NCBI GenBank assembly: GCA_965644295.1
Contig: CBFFRP010000435.1
Coordinates: 1-64,000 of the forward strand
Length of the DNA stretch: 64,000 nucleotides
Source of the DNA: Paraphysomonas bandaiensis
Taxonomy: Eukaryota > Protista > Chrysophyceae
Direction of reading: 5' to 3'
In this document: piece by piece, positions 13,486 to 25,956 of the stretch
Position numbering within the stretch: position 1 is the stretch's first letter
How the letters are laid out: every line of letters begins with the position of its first letter
Program-made: the position numbers and the translations under genes
Notes under the pieces: generated by a model
What the model was told of the DNA's origin: nothing
The model's input: only the letters and a program-made list of their open reading frames with translations
The model's database searches: none

Positions 13486-13779
13486 TATATACAGTAGATA
13501 CAACACACTACCGATCCGTTCGAGGACTTTCTTGTGTGTATATACAGCAGAGTACCTGTGGATAGGGCTGTATATACGCTGTATATATCACGTACAACAG
13601 AGTACATACATATATACTCAGTGCATTGTAATTAAATTTTCACGAAAAATATTATTCTTGATTAGTGGTCAAGTATAGCTTATCACTGCATCTCGTGGTT
13701 GACTTAAGTCCTTAATGCATTCGATATGACATGCAATCACGGTTATACTATGGGATTGTCGTAATACGCTCATACTCAT

Positions 13780-15155
13780 ATGTTATCTTGGCTACTGGGT
13801 GAACCTGATCCTCCAACTGCAGTGTACTCTATCGTACACCCTCCTGGTCAAGATGTAATCGACACTTCCCCATTACGTGTGGATGAGGAAGCTCATGAGT
13901 TTGCAATATACAGTATTCATATAGCCTTTGGACGAGTGGTAATATCAGGGAGCTATGAGGTCATACATGTGGATGATCTCAACACTGGTGAGGCAATCAA
14001 GCGAATATATGGAGATTTTGACTGGGTTTATGCCTTACGAATGGTGTATGGGATCACTCCTCTTATTGTCTCAGGGCATCGTGATGGAACAATTCGTCTT
14101 TGGGATTTCTTTGAAGATCTAACTGATTCTCCTTTGAAAATTTTATCTGGGCACAGTAATGCAGTTGTCGCACTTCAAGTTATGCAAGGCGTATATCCTC
14201 GCATAATCTCAGCTTCTTTTGATGGTCTGCTTAAAGTTTGGGATGTAACTGAAAGCAGATGCCTACGTACTTTGAGAGGTCATACCAAGGCCATTAGATG
14301 TCTAGCTGTGTTCAGCAGTGCAAACACTGAAAGGTTTTCGTTGAAAAGCAAAAGCGCCGCACCGGCTATGGCTTCAGGAGATGAAAGTGGAGAAATATTT
14401 CTTTGGAGTGGTGAATACATTCATTTGCGAACCATTCTAACCTCAACAAGTATGGCGAAGTCGATGGTCTGTTGTGTTCACAACGACACTCCGTTACTGT
14501 TAGTGGGAAGAGATAACGGCGTAATTGCTGTGTACGATACACTTTCCTCTGCAGATTCACCCCTATTAGAGATACAGGCTCACATGGAAGCCGTCAGATC
14601 GTTATGTGTGCCTGAGGTACAACGTGTGCATGAGACTCATATTGAGGACACATTTGTAGTAGTATATCATTTCGGGGTGTTTTGTTATATACCCTGTGAT
14701 ATTAATTGTATATTTACGAACCTTTCATGCAGGAGCCCTCAGTAACGCCAGTAATTGTTAGCGGTAGTTATGACAACATGGTTCGTGTGTGGGATATTGA
14801 GTCAGGTGGGTGCAGAGTAATCCGAAGGCAGTAAACCCGACGGCAATGTCGTTATGTATAAAACTCCTCGAATTGAATATATTGTACAATATAAGGTGCC
14901 TTGTTGGTATATATGTTGCCATATTGGAAAATATGCGTTGGTTGTCACGTTGTGGTTGATCCTGGTTCTTTGACAGGCGAATTGTTAAAAACTTGTGTGG
15001 GTCACGAAGGAGAAGTTTACGCATTGGACAGTTGCCGAGTCGCCCAAGGTCCAGCTGTGTTATCCTGTGGAGTGGATATGAGCATACACATGTGGGGCAT
15101 ACGGGATGTCTTGCTAGAGTCCAAGATCACTGACTACAATAGTGATACTGACTGA
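13780..15155 (+). CDS. WD40-repeat protein, three exons (13780-14616, 14733-14805, 14977-15155), about 362 aa
   Basis: Repeated GH...SGxxDGxxxxWD motifs. GT-AG splicing restores IVSGSYDNMVRVWDIESGELLKTCVGHE. Confidence 0.85.
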
Positions 15156-15583
15156 GTATATTGATAGAATATGCCGTTATTATATATAATTGTGGTACGA
15201 GTTCTGCCTCATATTCTGACTAATTGCTGGAATTGTTTTATATCTTACAATATACAATCCAGCGAAATATTATAGATGTTTTACTTAGAGAAAAGACGTG
15301 TTCTTTAGGATCGGAAAGTTATCGATGTTAGATCTTATTGCAGAAATGTGTTGAAATAGAGAAAAGAAGTGCTGTGAGCAAACTTTTTGTTCTGTAATAT
15401 GTATCGAACCAATATGCGTGACCGCCAGTTAGAAGCACACATACAAATTTACATTACACATTACACACGCCATAATCATATTACTAAACAAAAAAGTCTT
15501 TGTGTTTATAGTTTTCATGCGGCACCTATATTGCGGAGTTGTGGAAAAACTAAAATATTTATTGCTATCCAGATAGCCAGGGT

Positions 15584-18500
15584 TATTAGAATATGGATCT
15601 TATTCTAGTATATTCAGTATGTCACTTCAAGACAATGTACGAGAATACAGTGAAATATAGTGATGTACAAATGCTGTGATGATATTGAGAAACTGAAATA
15701 GTTTGATCGTTCAAGATATGTTCAGTAACGAGAGGTTCGCATATGTAGGATATTATGCAGGGATTATAATGAGTTAGTGTTGGTTATCACAACTTCGTGT
15801 AAACGATATTAATAAATCTATCTAGTCTTACGACAAATTCTCTCTGTGATCTAGTGTAAAATGAGCGTTTCTCAATTTGGTAGCGAGCGAGGAGGAGAGA
15901 AGGAGGATAGAGGAGTAGTGCCACAGTTTAATGAGAGCAATGTTGAACAATGGATTGAAGACTTCGAAACGTTCCTCATGAGGAAAGAGCAAAGTGAAGT
16001 AGCGGTGGAGCCACCACCGAAGGAAAGCGACTTTGGGGAACAGCCACTCACGTTAATGGAGGAGAAGTCTTACAGACAGGCTGTGAAGAAGTACTGGAAG
16101 GCGAATGCCATAGCGTATTCGTACTGCAGAGAGGCAGTGCAAACATCTTCGAAGGCGCTTCAGAAATTCCATCTTCTACATAAAGGGTTCAAGGCTGATG
16201 GAAAAGGAAGCAACAGGTTTAAGGCGCATATTATGATTGATGAGTTGAAGAAGTGCTTTGCTGGAGGGAAGCAAAACAAGATCAGTGAGCTGTTGACTCA
16301 GTATGGATCTTTCCGTATGCGTCCGGAGGAGACTGCGAAGGACTATATAATACGGTTTGAAATACTGCTGAAAGAGCTACAGGAGCAGCAGCAGGACATA
16401 TCGGAGCTCTCAAAAATAACACGGTTACGAGAAGGTCTGTTGAATGAAGAATATGCTCCTCTGAATGTTGCTTTGTATTTGATGCCTGATGATGTTGATT
16501 ATGCAACATTATCAAGGAAGATAGAAAGGTATGATGATACCATTCCTGGAAGGATTGCGTTAGAGCGGAAACGCAAGAAGGTGGAGGAGCTGAATTTCAT
16601 TGAAAAGAGCAAACGGTCTCGAACAGAACGGGATAAGCGTAAGAAGGGCAATTGTAGATATTGCAGGAAAGAAGGAATTCCTCATAGCCATTCAACTGAA
16701 CAGTGCAGGAGGAAGCAGAGGAAGAAGGATGGAGAGATATCAGGGCAGCGTCCTGGAAGTGCTGAGTATACGGGATGCAGAAATTGCAAGTCTCTGGAAC
16801 ATCTTGCTGCTGATTGTCCAACGACGAAGAAAAAGCATTCTAGAAGAGGAGAGAAAGGGAAGAATCATGGTAGGAAGCCGGACAAAAGGCTGCTGACAGT
16901 AGAGAATATACGGCGTGGAGAACCAGCAGATTTCTCTGATGAAGATGAAGCAAATATGATCGAGGATGTTATGAAATTGTCATGCAATATACATGAAACG
17001 AATATATGTAATGTAAATGATGACATGCATTATACATATATTGACACCTGCTGTTCATCATCAATGTTCTTGATGAATGATGTGACCATGCTTGACACTC
17101 ATATGAATACATCAAAGGTGATAAACGGCTCTAAGAAGGGATCAGAGATTCATATTACAAGTGTGGGTTCCCGTGGAGCATGGAGAGACATTGAAATTTC
17201 AGATCAGATCAATCGATGCCTGTGCTCCGGACGTAAGCTGAACGAAATGGGCTATCGATTCACGGTGTGGTATGGGATCCAAATTTATGACTGTAATACC
17301 GGTGAGCTGGTACTGGAGGGACCCATGAAGAATGGAATGACTGCAGTTCCAACTCAGCAGCTGTTAGAGCTTCCAGATGTGTCTACACCGAGTAATTGTG
17401 AAGTAAATCTTAGCGATAGGACTGGTGAGGACGAGCTGGAGTTGCTGCATCGGAGAGCGGGTCACTTCAACAAACATGCCTTAGTAGAGGCACATAAGAG
17501 GATGCTCATCATGGGTACAGGGTTGAAACGAAAACACCTCACAGCCAAGGTACACAAAAATCAGTGTTTGTGTGATGTGTGTGCCAGGTCTAAGATAACC
17601 CGAGTCAGCTTCCGAACGAAGGACGAGAATTCCGTTAGACCGAATTTTTCAGCAGATATCGCTGTGTACTTAAATTGTCCTGCTAGAGGAGGTGAGAGGT
17701 ATGTGTTAAAGATAACGCATCATCATGCCACGGGTTTAGTCCACAGAACTGGGGAAGCGGTCTTAGAAGTCTTCAAAGAGCTATTTAGAGGAGATGTTAA
17801 AAGGTACAAGCTCAAGATGGAGCACTATCATGCAGATGGTGCAAGAGAGTTAATCAGTGAAGAGCTGCGTCAGTATCTTAGGACACAGGAGTGCTATCAA
17901 CATACGTGGAGCTCAACAGACTCTCCAGAAATGAATGCCATAGAGGAGAGGAAGTTCAGAACTGCTGGAGAGATGACTCTTGCAATGCTAATCCAATCTG
18001 GACTGCCACCGCAATTTTGGCTGGATGCATACATGGCAGCCAGATATATTTTGATTCGATTGCCAACGAAAACAGATAAAGGGTATATGTCTCCTATAGA
18101 GTTTCTAACGGGTGAGCCTCCAAATTTGAGATATCTTAGGGTATGGGGGTGTCGAACTTATGTTCTTTCACCGAAGGCGGATCGACGAAAGGATTGGGAG
18201 GATAAGGCTCTAGTTGGATATTTAATGGGTTACTCTGATGAGAAGGTAGGATACCATGTATATCTTCCTGAATCAAACAAGGTGGTGACTACAGTCCATA
18301 TATTGACTGATGAGTCAACGCCATCACAATCCGAGAAGTATTTCGCAGAGATTGATGCTCTTCGAGTGCGGGAGGCCGCTAGACCCAAGCTTGCATCCGA
18401 CTATGTCAGCTTAGAAGGAACGTATCATATTGATGATGAGGACGGACTTCTGTATAAGACAACAAGAGTTGTAGAACGTAAGGGTGTGATTGTAGCATAC

Positions 18501-21078
18501 CGTTCACTTGTTACTGCAGGTCGCGAGCATATAGAGCACCGGGTGCCTATATACACGTCGAAGACGTGGTGCGTATGACTGCAGAAACCCCCGGGAATAC
18601 CGGGTACATAGGAAAGGGGGACGCCCTGAGTACTACGCCAGCCAGGGAGCTGGACCAGGGAAGACCTGGAGGGTTCCAGGAGAGTCCTGACCCAACCTGT
18701 CAACAGACAGTCGTGAGGTTGCAGACCTTGACAGACCGTGGGTCTGGGGATGCGAGCGGGGCTCCTCCCACACCGCAAGATTTGCGGGCTCAGGATGAGC
18801 AAGGTATGGGTTCGTATATATCTACTAGACGACCTATTGAACTAGATGGTGATGGTCGTGTACGGCGGAAACGGCTACAGCGTAGGTTGGCGAACGCATC
18901 GGTGTTAGGAGAAATAAATATGGTTGAGGTGCCAGATGCATGCACTGTTAATTTTAAACATGCAGAGTTTCAACATGATGACTTTAAGATACCAGACTCC
19001 TATGCTGAAGCGGAGAGATCTCCACAGTACATGAAGTGGCGAGAAGCTCGGAAGGTGGAGAAGACCTCACTACTGAAGAGACGTGTCTTAAAGATTGTGC
19101 GGACTCCACGGGAAGTGAAGTTGGTGCGAGCAAAGTATGTTCACACGGTGAAGAGAGACCTTCTGGGGAATGTAGTCAAGTATAAGGCGCGGCTGGTTGC
19201 ATTAGGAAATTTACAAGAAAAAACGGAGGAGGAGCAGTCCACGTTTGCTCCAGTGGTCAAAGGAATAACCATTCGACTGGTGCTTGCAATTGCCTTTATG
19301 TTTCATATGCATGTACATCAGTTGGACGTATCATCAGCGTTTTGTTATGCCGATCTTGAGGAGGATGTTTATATGGCACCTCCACCTGATGAAGAGTTGC
19401 CAGCGGGGTGGTGTTTTCAATTGATCAAGGCCTTATATGGTTTGCGGTCATCACCGAGGCAGTGGAACAAGCATATTGACAAGTTTATCAAATCGTTACA
19501 TTTTACTGCTTGCATTTTAGATACATGCTTGTATATGCGATGGAGTAATGGTCAATTGCACTTATTGCTGATATATGTTGATGATATTATCATTGCATCT
19601 GCTGATCTCACCTACTTAGAAAGTGTTAAACGTAGGTTCTGCGAAACGTTTGAAATGCACGATCTGGGTGTGTGCAAACGGTTTCTGAATATCAGAATCA
19701 CGAGAGGCGAGGACTGGTACATGTTAGATCAATCGGAATATGCCAAGAATATTGTAAAGAAATTCGATTTGTTTATGGGGAAGAGCAGTAAGAATAAGGA
19801 GACTCCACTACCTACCAATGTTCAGGATTTGTTGGCAGAGCAACGTGAGCTGACGGAGGAGCAGAAGCAGTGGGTCGAATCATTTCCGTATAGAGGAATT
19901 ATTGGAGCGGTGTTGCATTTGGCGATTCACACTAGACCTGATCTGGCTTACGCTGTGGGGTTATTGGCTCGATTTAGTACTTCTCCAACATATGTGACTT
20001 GCAGATTAGCTATTCATTTGTTGAAATATTTACGTGGTACAGTTGATAAGGGAATCAGATTCAGTGGGAGTGAGTTTGATTTACATGTATTCAGTGATTC
20101 AGACTGGGCTGGTGATAGGATGACTAGGCGGTCCACAACGGGATACATCGTGCTTTTATGTGCGGGCGCTTTGGCCTGGCAGTCCAAGCTTCAGACCACA
20201 GTTGCGACTTCGAGCATGGAATCTGAGTATATGGCGGAGTATGCGGCTTTGCAAGAACTGATGTGGCTTCGGGGGGTGTTCAAGGAGCTCGGACTCTTGG
20301 TAGCGAAGCCGACTCCATTCTTTATGGATAGTAAGAGTGCAAAGGATCTTTCAGAGAATCCAGTGTATCATAAGAGGTCGAAGCATATTGACATCAAGTA
20401 TCACTGGATAAGAGAACATGTTAATGGAAAATTTCCTACAGCAAAGTTGATTCATGTATCTACGGATGATATGGCGGCCGATATTTTTACAAAGGCGTTG
20501 TCCACGAAGATCTTCAGCCGTCATGAGAAAACGATTACCGGGGTTAAGAGGAGTGTGTCTAACAGTGTGGAGGAGCAGCAGAAGAAACGACCCCGAAGAG
20601 GTTAAAGGTGTGTTTTAGTGGGTGAAAATCCCACATAACTGTATATCTAGTTGACTGCTAGATATATATGTATCTTTAAAAGATTTCACATCTGTTTTTA
20701 CCTATGGGACTAGATAGTCATAGCATTATCAGATTATTGTGATCACTGTTGTTTTATCTCACTGCATTCTACATTGAGTGGGAGTATTAGAATATGGATC
20801 TTATTCTAGTATATTCAGTATGTCACTTCAAGACAATGTACGAGAATACAGTGAAATATAGTGATGTACAAATGCTGTGATGATATTGAGAAACTGAAAT
20901 AGTTTGATCGTTCAAGATATGTTCAGTAACGAGAGGTTCGCATATGTAGGATATTATGCAGGGATTATAATGAGTTAGTGTTGGTTATCACAACTTCGTG
21001 TAAACGATATTAATAAATCTATCTAGTCTTACGACAAATTCTCTCTGTGATCTAGTGTAAAATGAGCGTTTCTCAATT
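15584..21078 (+). mobile_element. Full-length Ty1/copia LTR retrotransposon with one frameshift
   Basis: Apparently identical 294-bp LTRs (15584-15877, 20785-21078), 5-bp TSD AGGGT, PBS TGGTAGCGAGCG and PPT GAGTGGGAG. Confidence 0.95.
15861..20605 (+). CDS. Copia Gag-PR-IN-RT-RNase H polyprotein, frameshifted near 18550
   Basis: Zinc knuckles, HxRxGH...CDVC, integrase core, KYKARLVA, LIYVDDII, FSDSDWAGD and ADIFTK. An ATATAC two-base duplication explains the shift between ORFs 15861-18578 and 18566-20605. Confidence 0.9.
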
Positions 21079-21402
21079 AGGGTTGCTTATCAATTACCTG
21101 TTGTCAATTAATTAGAATAGTGAATGTCTGATCCTTATTAGCAAAATGAGCGAGTAAGAGGCAGAACTAATGTAGCATTGAATTTAAACTAACTAGAACT
21201 GAACCCTGATATCCTACTATATGGCTGTACGGACGCAGTTAGTGCGTCACCACAAGCACCAAGGTGCAACCACTTTTGCTCTCTGTCCTTAAGAGGTGAA
21301 CTAGCCCGGATGTATGTTGAGATCTGAAGATTCTATATACTTGCAATTGAGTGCAGTATTATGTGAGATGCAAGGATTGAAAGATATATATGTAATTAGT
21401 AC

Positions 21403-23622
21403 ATTATATTGTGTAGTATGAAACTGAAGTAGAAGTGGGTGACTATACAGGATACGATCACTGAGTGTGTGGTTTGTACACTATAGTAGTAAATGAATGG
21501 TGTTGAACACATCGAACACAACTTAGGTTCTTTATCATGTAATGTCTATAATTTCATCTTATCATTTGAGAATAGTAAACCTTAGCAAATAATGTCAACT
21601 TCTGATATGGTAGCGAATGCTAGTTGTAGGGATGGGGAAGATGACAAGAAGCTACGGTTTGACAAGAACCAAGCAAACTATTCAGCGAGAAAAACCAAGA
21701 TGCATCTGATGAAGAAAAACCGAAACCATCTTGGCTTGGAGGACCCGCCAGCCGGAGGAAGGAATTTAGAGTCATGGAGAGAGCGTAATGATACCTGTGT
21801 TAGTACTACTTGGGAGGCTTGGGAGCATGACCCTGATGTATGTGTTGGAGGTAGCCAATCAATATTTGGAGGGGAAGGCAATTTTACCTGCTGATGATCC
21901 TGCTAAGGAGGTGTTATCCAGTGAGCTCCTTCAGACACTGGTTGATAGGTTCAGAGGCGAGATTGGGACTGTATTGGAGAAGACTACGGCAGAATACCAT
22001 TCGTTCAAAATAAGGCCGGGGGAAAAGGTGTCTGTTGGGGTAGATCGACTGAACGGTATAATCCAGAAGATCATAAAATTGGGACAACTGCAGATAGAGG
22101 AGTTACATGATTAATGGATGTCGGTAGCGATGATGCCTAAAGCAACAACTACATTTGATTCGGTGAAAGAGGCTTGTGAAGAGTATGACGAGGCTATGAC
22201 GCAGATGAAGAAACTAAAGGGAGACAAATCTGAAGAGATCAATTTTACAGCGTCGAAGGAGCCAGTGGTTTGTTCATTTTGTCGGAAGAAGGGACATGTA
22301 GCAGCGCTGTCTAACTAGAAAGGGTTCTCAATTGGAGACACAGGGAACTGGTACATTCGGGGAATGGAGAGACATCAGAGTTAGTGAAGAAGCGGTGAAG
22401 AACATTGTGTCAGGAGGAATGCTGAGATCAATGGGGTACGGATTACAACTGCTCCGAAAGCCTAAAACTGTGGAAACGAGGTGTTGACTGGAGAGTACGA
22501 TGAGCACGGAAGAATGCCGTATGTGGACTTGATGGAGGTGTTAAATCTGCCAAATGTGTCTATGGGCAATCAGATGGAGGAGGTAAATTTGTCGGATAAT
22601 ACAGGACAAGATGCGTTTGACCTCTTACATGAGCGTACTGGACATGTCTCGAAATCGAAGTTAATAGAAGCTCACCGACACATGTTATTCAGAGGATCAG
22701 GACTACAACGACATCACCTTTCGAAGGCAAAGGAGAAGAGTTGCAAGAAACCCCTATGTAAATGGTGTGCCAAGGCGAAGATAACCAGACACTCGTTCAA
22801 ATCACGGGACAATGAAGAGCTAAGCGCAGTCATCTCAGTGTACCTGAATTGTGAATCCAGACAAGGCTATAAGTATGTGCTTCTATTTACGGTGGCGACA
22901 AAGATGATATGGGAGTATGGTCTAAAGACTCGAAGCGGAGATGAGGTGTTCAAATGTCTACGACACTTGTGCGAGGTCCACTTAGTGAAGGACGAGGGGT
23001 GGAACCGTATAGTAGAGTATCATGCCGATGGAGGATCCGAACTTATTAGTCAGCAGATAAGAGAGTATCTGTTACAGCGATATGGGACATACAACACGAG
23101 ACACGCCAGAGCTGAACGCGGTGTTGTCTGTGAGAGGGAATTCCGAACAATTGGGGAGATGACACTGACGATGTTGACGGCATCCGGACTTCCAAAGTCG
23201 TTCTGGTTTGATGCTTATCAAACTGCATGTTACATATTGTGCGACGAATGCCAACTCGGACGTGGCAAGGATGGATGTCTCCATATGAGTGTGTCCCAGG
23301 GGGGAGCGTTCCCAGCCTATCGTGGCTACGGAAATGGGGGTGTAAAGCATATGTGCTAACACCCAAGGCCGACAGGAGGAAGGACTGGGAGGACAAAGCA
23401 ATGACAGGTTATTTCATATTATATTGTGTAGTATGAAACTGAAGTAGAAGTGGGTGACTATACAGGATACGATCACTGAGTGTGTGGTTTGTACACTATA
23501 GTAGTAAATGAATGGTGTTGAACACATCGAACACAACTTAGGTTCTTTATCATGTAGTGTCTATAATTTCATCTTATCATTTGAGAATAGTAAACCTCAG
23601 CAAATAATGTCAACTTCTGATA
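21403..23622 (+). mobile_element. Degenerate, internally deleted copia element of the same family
   Basis: LTR segment repeated at about 21403-21607 and 23418-23622, PBS TGGTAGCGA, and frameshifted gag/integrase with PKADRRKDWEDKA identical to the 15861 element. RT is absent and the 5' boundary is uncertain. Confidence 0.85.
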
Positions 23623-23625
23623 CAG

Positions 23626-24010
23626 TAGGCAGCCCAATACACCGGACGCCTGTGTATTTGTCAAGGCCCAACGACGTATACACAAGGGACACTTGTTAGT
23701 GTACCTTGTACCACACAAGCATTTGGCTATGAGTGAGCAGAATATATCTACTGACTATATATATACGGCTCAGGTTAGTTTCCCGGAGAAATATCTCCGT
23801 TGACTTCAGCAGGCAGCCCTATACCCCGGTTACCCTTCAGGTGGGCCATTCCCAGATGTCTGTTTATTCATCAGGGCCCAAAGACGTCTACACAAGTGAC
23901 ATTTACGTGTTGGTGTCCCTTGCACCACACGAGCATTCGGCTATGAGTGGGCAGAAGAATATCTGCTGACTATGTTTGCGGCTCACGTTAGTTTCCTAGA
24001 GAGAATCTCT
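23626..24010. repeat. Diverged tandem duplication of about 190 bp
   Basis: AGGCAGCCC...GGCCCAA.GACGT.TACACAAG...GGCTATGAGTG occurs twice. Confidence 0.7.
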
Positions 24011-24903
24011 CCGGTACTTATCCCCCAGAACACCACGAAAAGGTGCGAGTCCGACTTTGTTGAAGGCTCCTCGGGCTTATTTCAGGGCATGGTTACCGTG
24101 TTACCGTTAATGGGTGTCCAGTGTCCAGATAGCTTAGTCTGTAGCCTATTGGATTTTAATGCAAAATGGGATTTTACATGTAAAAAACCTATAAAATGAC
24201 GAGAACGACGGTAGCTCGATTACTTATTATAAAAATATATATATACTTAAGTTTTATTTTGTTTTATGCGTCTACTATACGTTAGTTACAACATTATTCA
24301 AAAGTTTAAAATTCGCAAAGCTAACATTCCAGTTCTTAGTGACCACGATGCAATCGATTAGGGTGTAACGCAGTACTGGTTATTTTCTGCGTTGGTAGTA
24401 GTATTATATGTTACTCTTCTGTTGTACTCTCTAACACGTACAGAGTGTTTTTGTATTTTCAGTTTTCAGTTACATATTCAGTTTCTACTCTTTCAGTGTA
24501 TACACGGAGTGTTGAAGCTGTACATACGTACCGGATAAAATACTTCTGATCTGGTGTGTTGTGTGCTGAAGTGAAATGCTGAACATGATGTTGTATGTGT
24601 GTGTTACTGTAGAGTTGTATAGCAGTGTTACTCACTTTTCTATATAACGTTTTAAATAACGATTTATTTAAATTCTTTCGCGGTTTGCGTCTGAGTTGAG
24701 GAGCATCACCCGCTGGTGAGTTCAACAGTGTAGCAGCCCGCTGGCGTGCACTTAAAATCTTTTTAAAACGTTATAGATCAGTGTTGTTTTTGTGTGAGCA
24801 TACGTTGTTCTTAAGAACAACTACAGTAATATTACTCTGTTGATAAGAACAATACATTATACATTCATTGTGTTATTGAGCCCTTTGAACTGTTTTAAGA
24901 GTC

Positions 24904-25956
24904 ATGGAGCCTGCAGAAGGAGATGCGAAGACAGAGCTTACTCTGGAAGACTTGATGCAGTATATGCGTGAGCAACGTGAGTATATGGAGCAGCGTTTCG
25001 GTGGTATAGAACAACGTTTTGGTGATATAGAGCAGCGTTTTCATCAGCAACAGGCGTTCAATGAGCATGTTCAACGGAGTCTTGAGGAGATCAATCAGAG
25101 GAGATCTGGAAGGTCATCGAGAGCTAATTCAGAAATTATACAAGTTGATCAGCTTTCGGAGATACCGTTTGAAGAGTCTAAATTAGATGGTCATGGGAAT
25201 GGTGAACAGCCTGTAGCTGCAACTATTGAGCGACGTGAGCAGCAGTATATTGACCCTGAGTTGTTGCATACGCGCATAGAGAATGCTGTGCGTGAGGGTG
25301 TATTGAATGCTACTCAAGCTCTCAGGAGTGAAGAGGAGCGACCACCGGTCAGACCTAAACGTCAGACTATTCAGGAAGCACTTCGTGAAATTGATCGTCA
25401 ACCGAAGGCTAAAGTTACGTTGACCAAAGAAGATGATTCATACCTGGAGATAAGGTTGTCGGAAATTACTTTAGATGGGTTTTTGGTTTTCTTGGAACGA
25501 ATTGCTGAGTTTGAGAAATGTCGTGACAATGGACCAATTCCTTCTGTGTTTACATTGTTGGAAGGCAGGGCTAAGGAAATGATTAGGTTTACGTTGATGG
25601 AATTATATCCTGATGATTATACTGAACCTTTGGAATGCATAGATGCAAGTGTAACGCGAGTTATTGAGGCAGCGAAGTATCAGTTCAGACCTTTGGATAT
25701 GATGGATTTTAATTCGATGTTGCTTGAATCGTGTTTGCCGTACAGAGTAACAATGGACAAGTTGGAGGATTTTCGTCGAGTTGATGAGGATCTTTGTATT
25801 TTGGAAACGAAGTTCAATCAGCGGTATGATTTCTTAGAGGAGGCTGCTAAGATGAACAAACTTGATGAGAGTATACCTTTAGTAACGACTAAGAGAGGTG
25901 GTTCGTTGGAACAGTGGATGAGTCTTATTCCTGCGTGTATGAGAGATACTACTTAG
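24904..25956 (+). CDS. Gypsy Gag-like protein, probably truncated
   Basis: First ORF after the 5' LTR, coiled-coil N-terminus, ends at the deletion junction. Confidence 0.7.
   Translation: MEPAEGDAKTELTLEDLMQYMREQREYMEQRFGGIEQRFGDIEQRFHQQQAFNEHVQRSLEEINQRRSGRSSRANSEIIQVDQLSEIPFEESKLDGHGNGEQPVAATIERREQQYIDPELLHTRIENAVREGVLNATQALRSEEERPPVRPKRQTIQEALREIDRQPKAKVTLTKEDDSYLEIRLSEITLDGFLVFLERIAEFEKCRDNGPIPSVFTLLEGRAKEMIRFTLMELYPDDYTEPLECIDASVTRVIEAAKYQFRPLDMMDFNSMLLESCLPYRVTMDKLEDFRRVDEDLCILETKFNQRYDFLEEAAKMNKLDESIPLVTTKRGGSLEQWMSLIPACMRDTT

Noticed and set aside
18540-18580. Programmed frameshift between copia integrase and RT
   Set aside because: No slippery heptamer. A two-base TA duplication explains it as a mutation or sequencing error.
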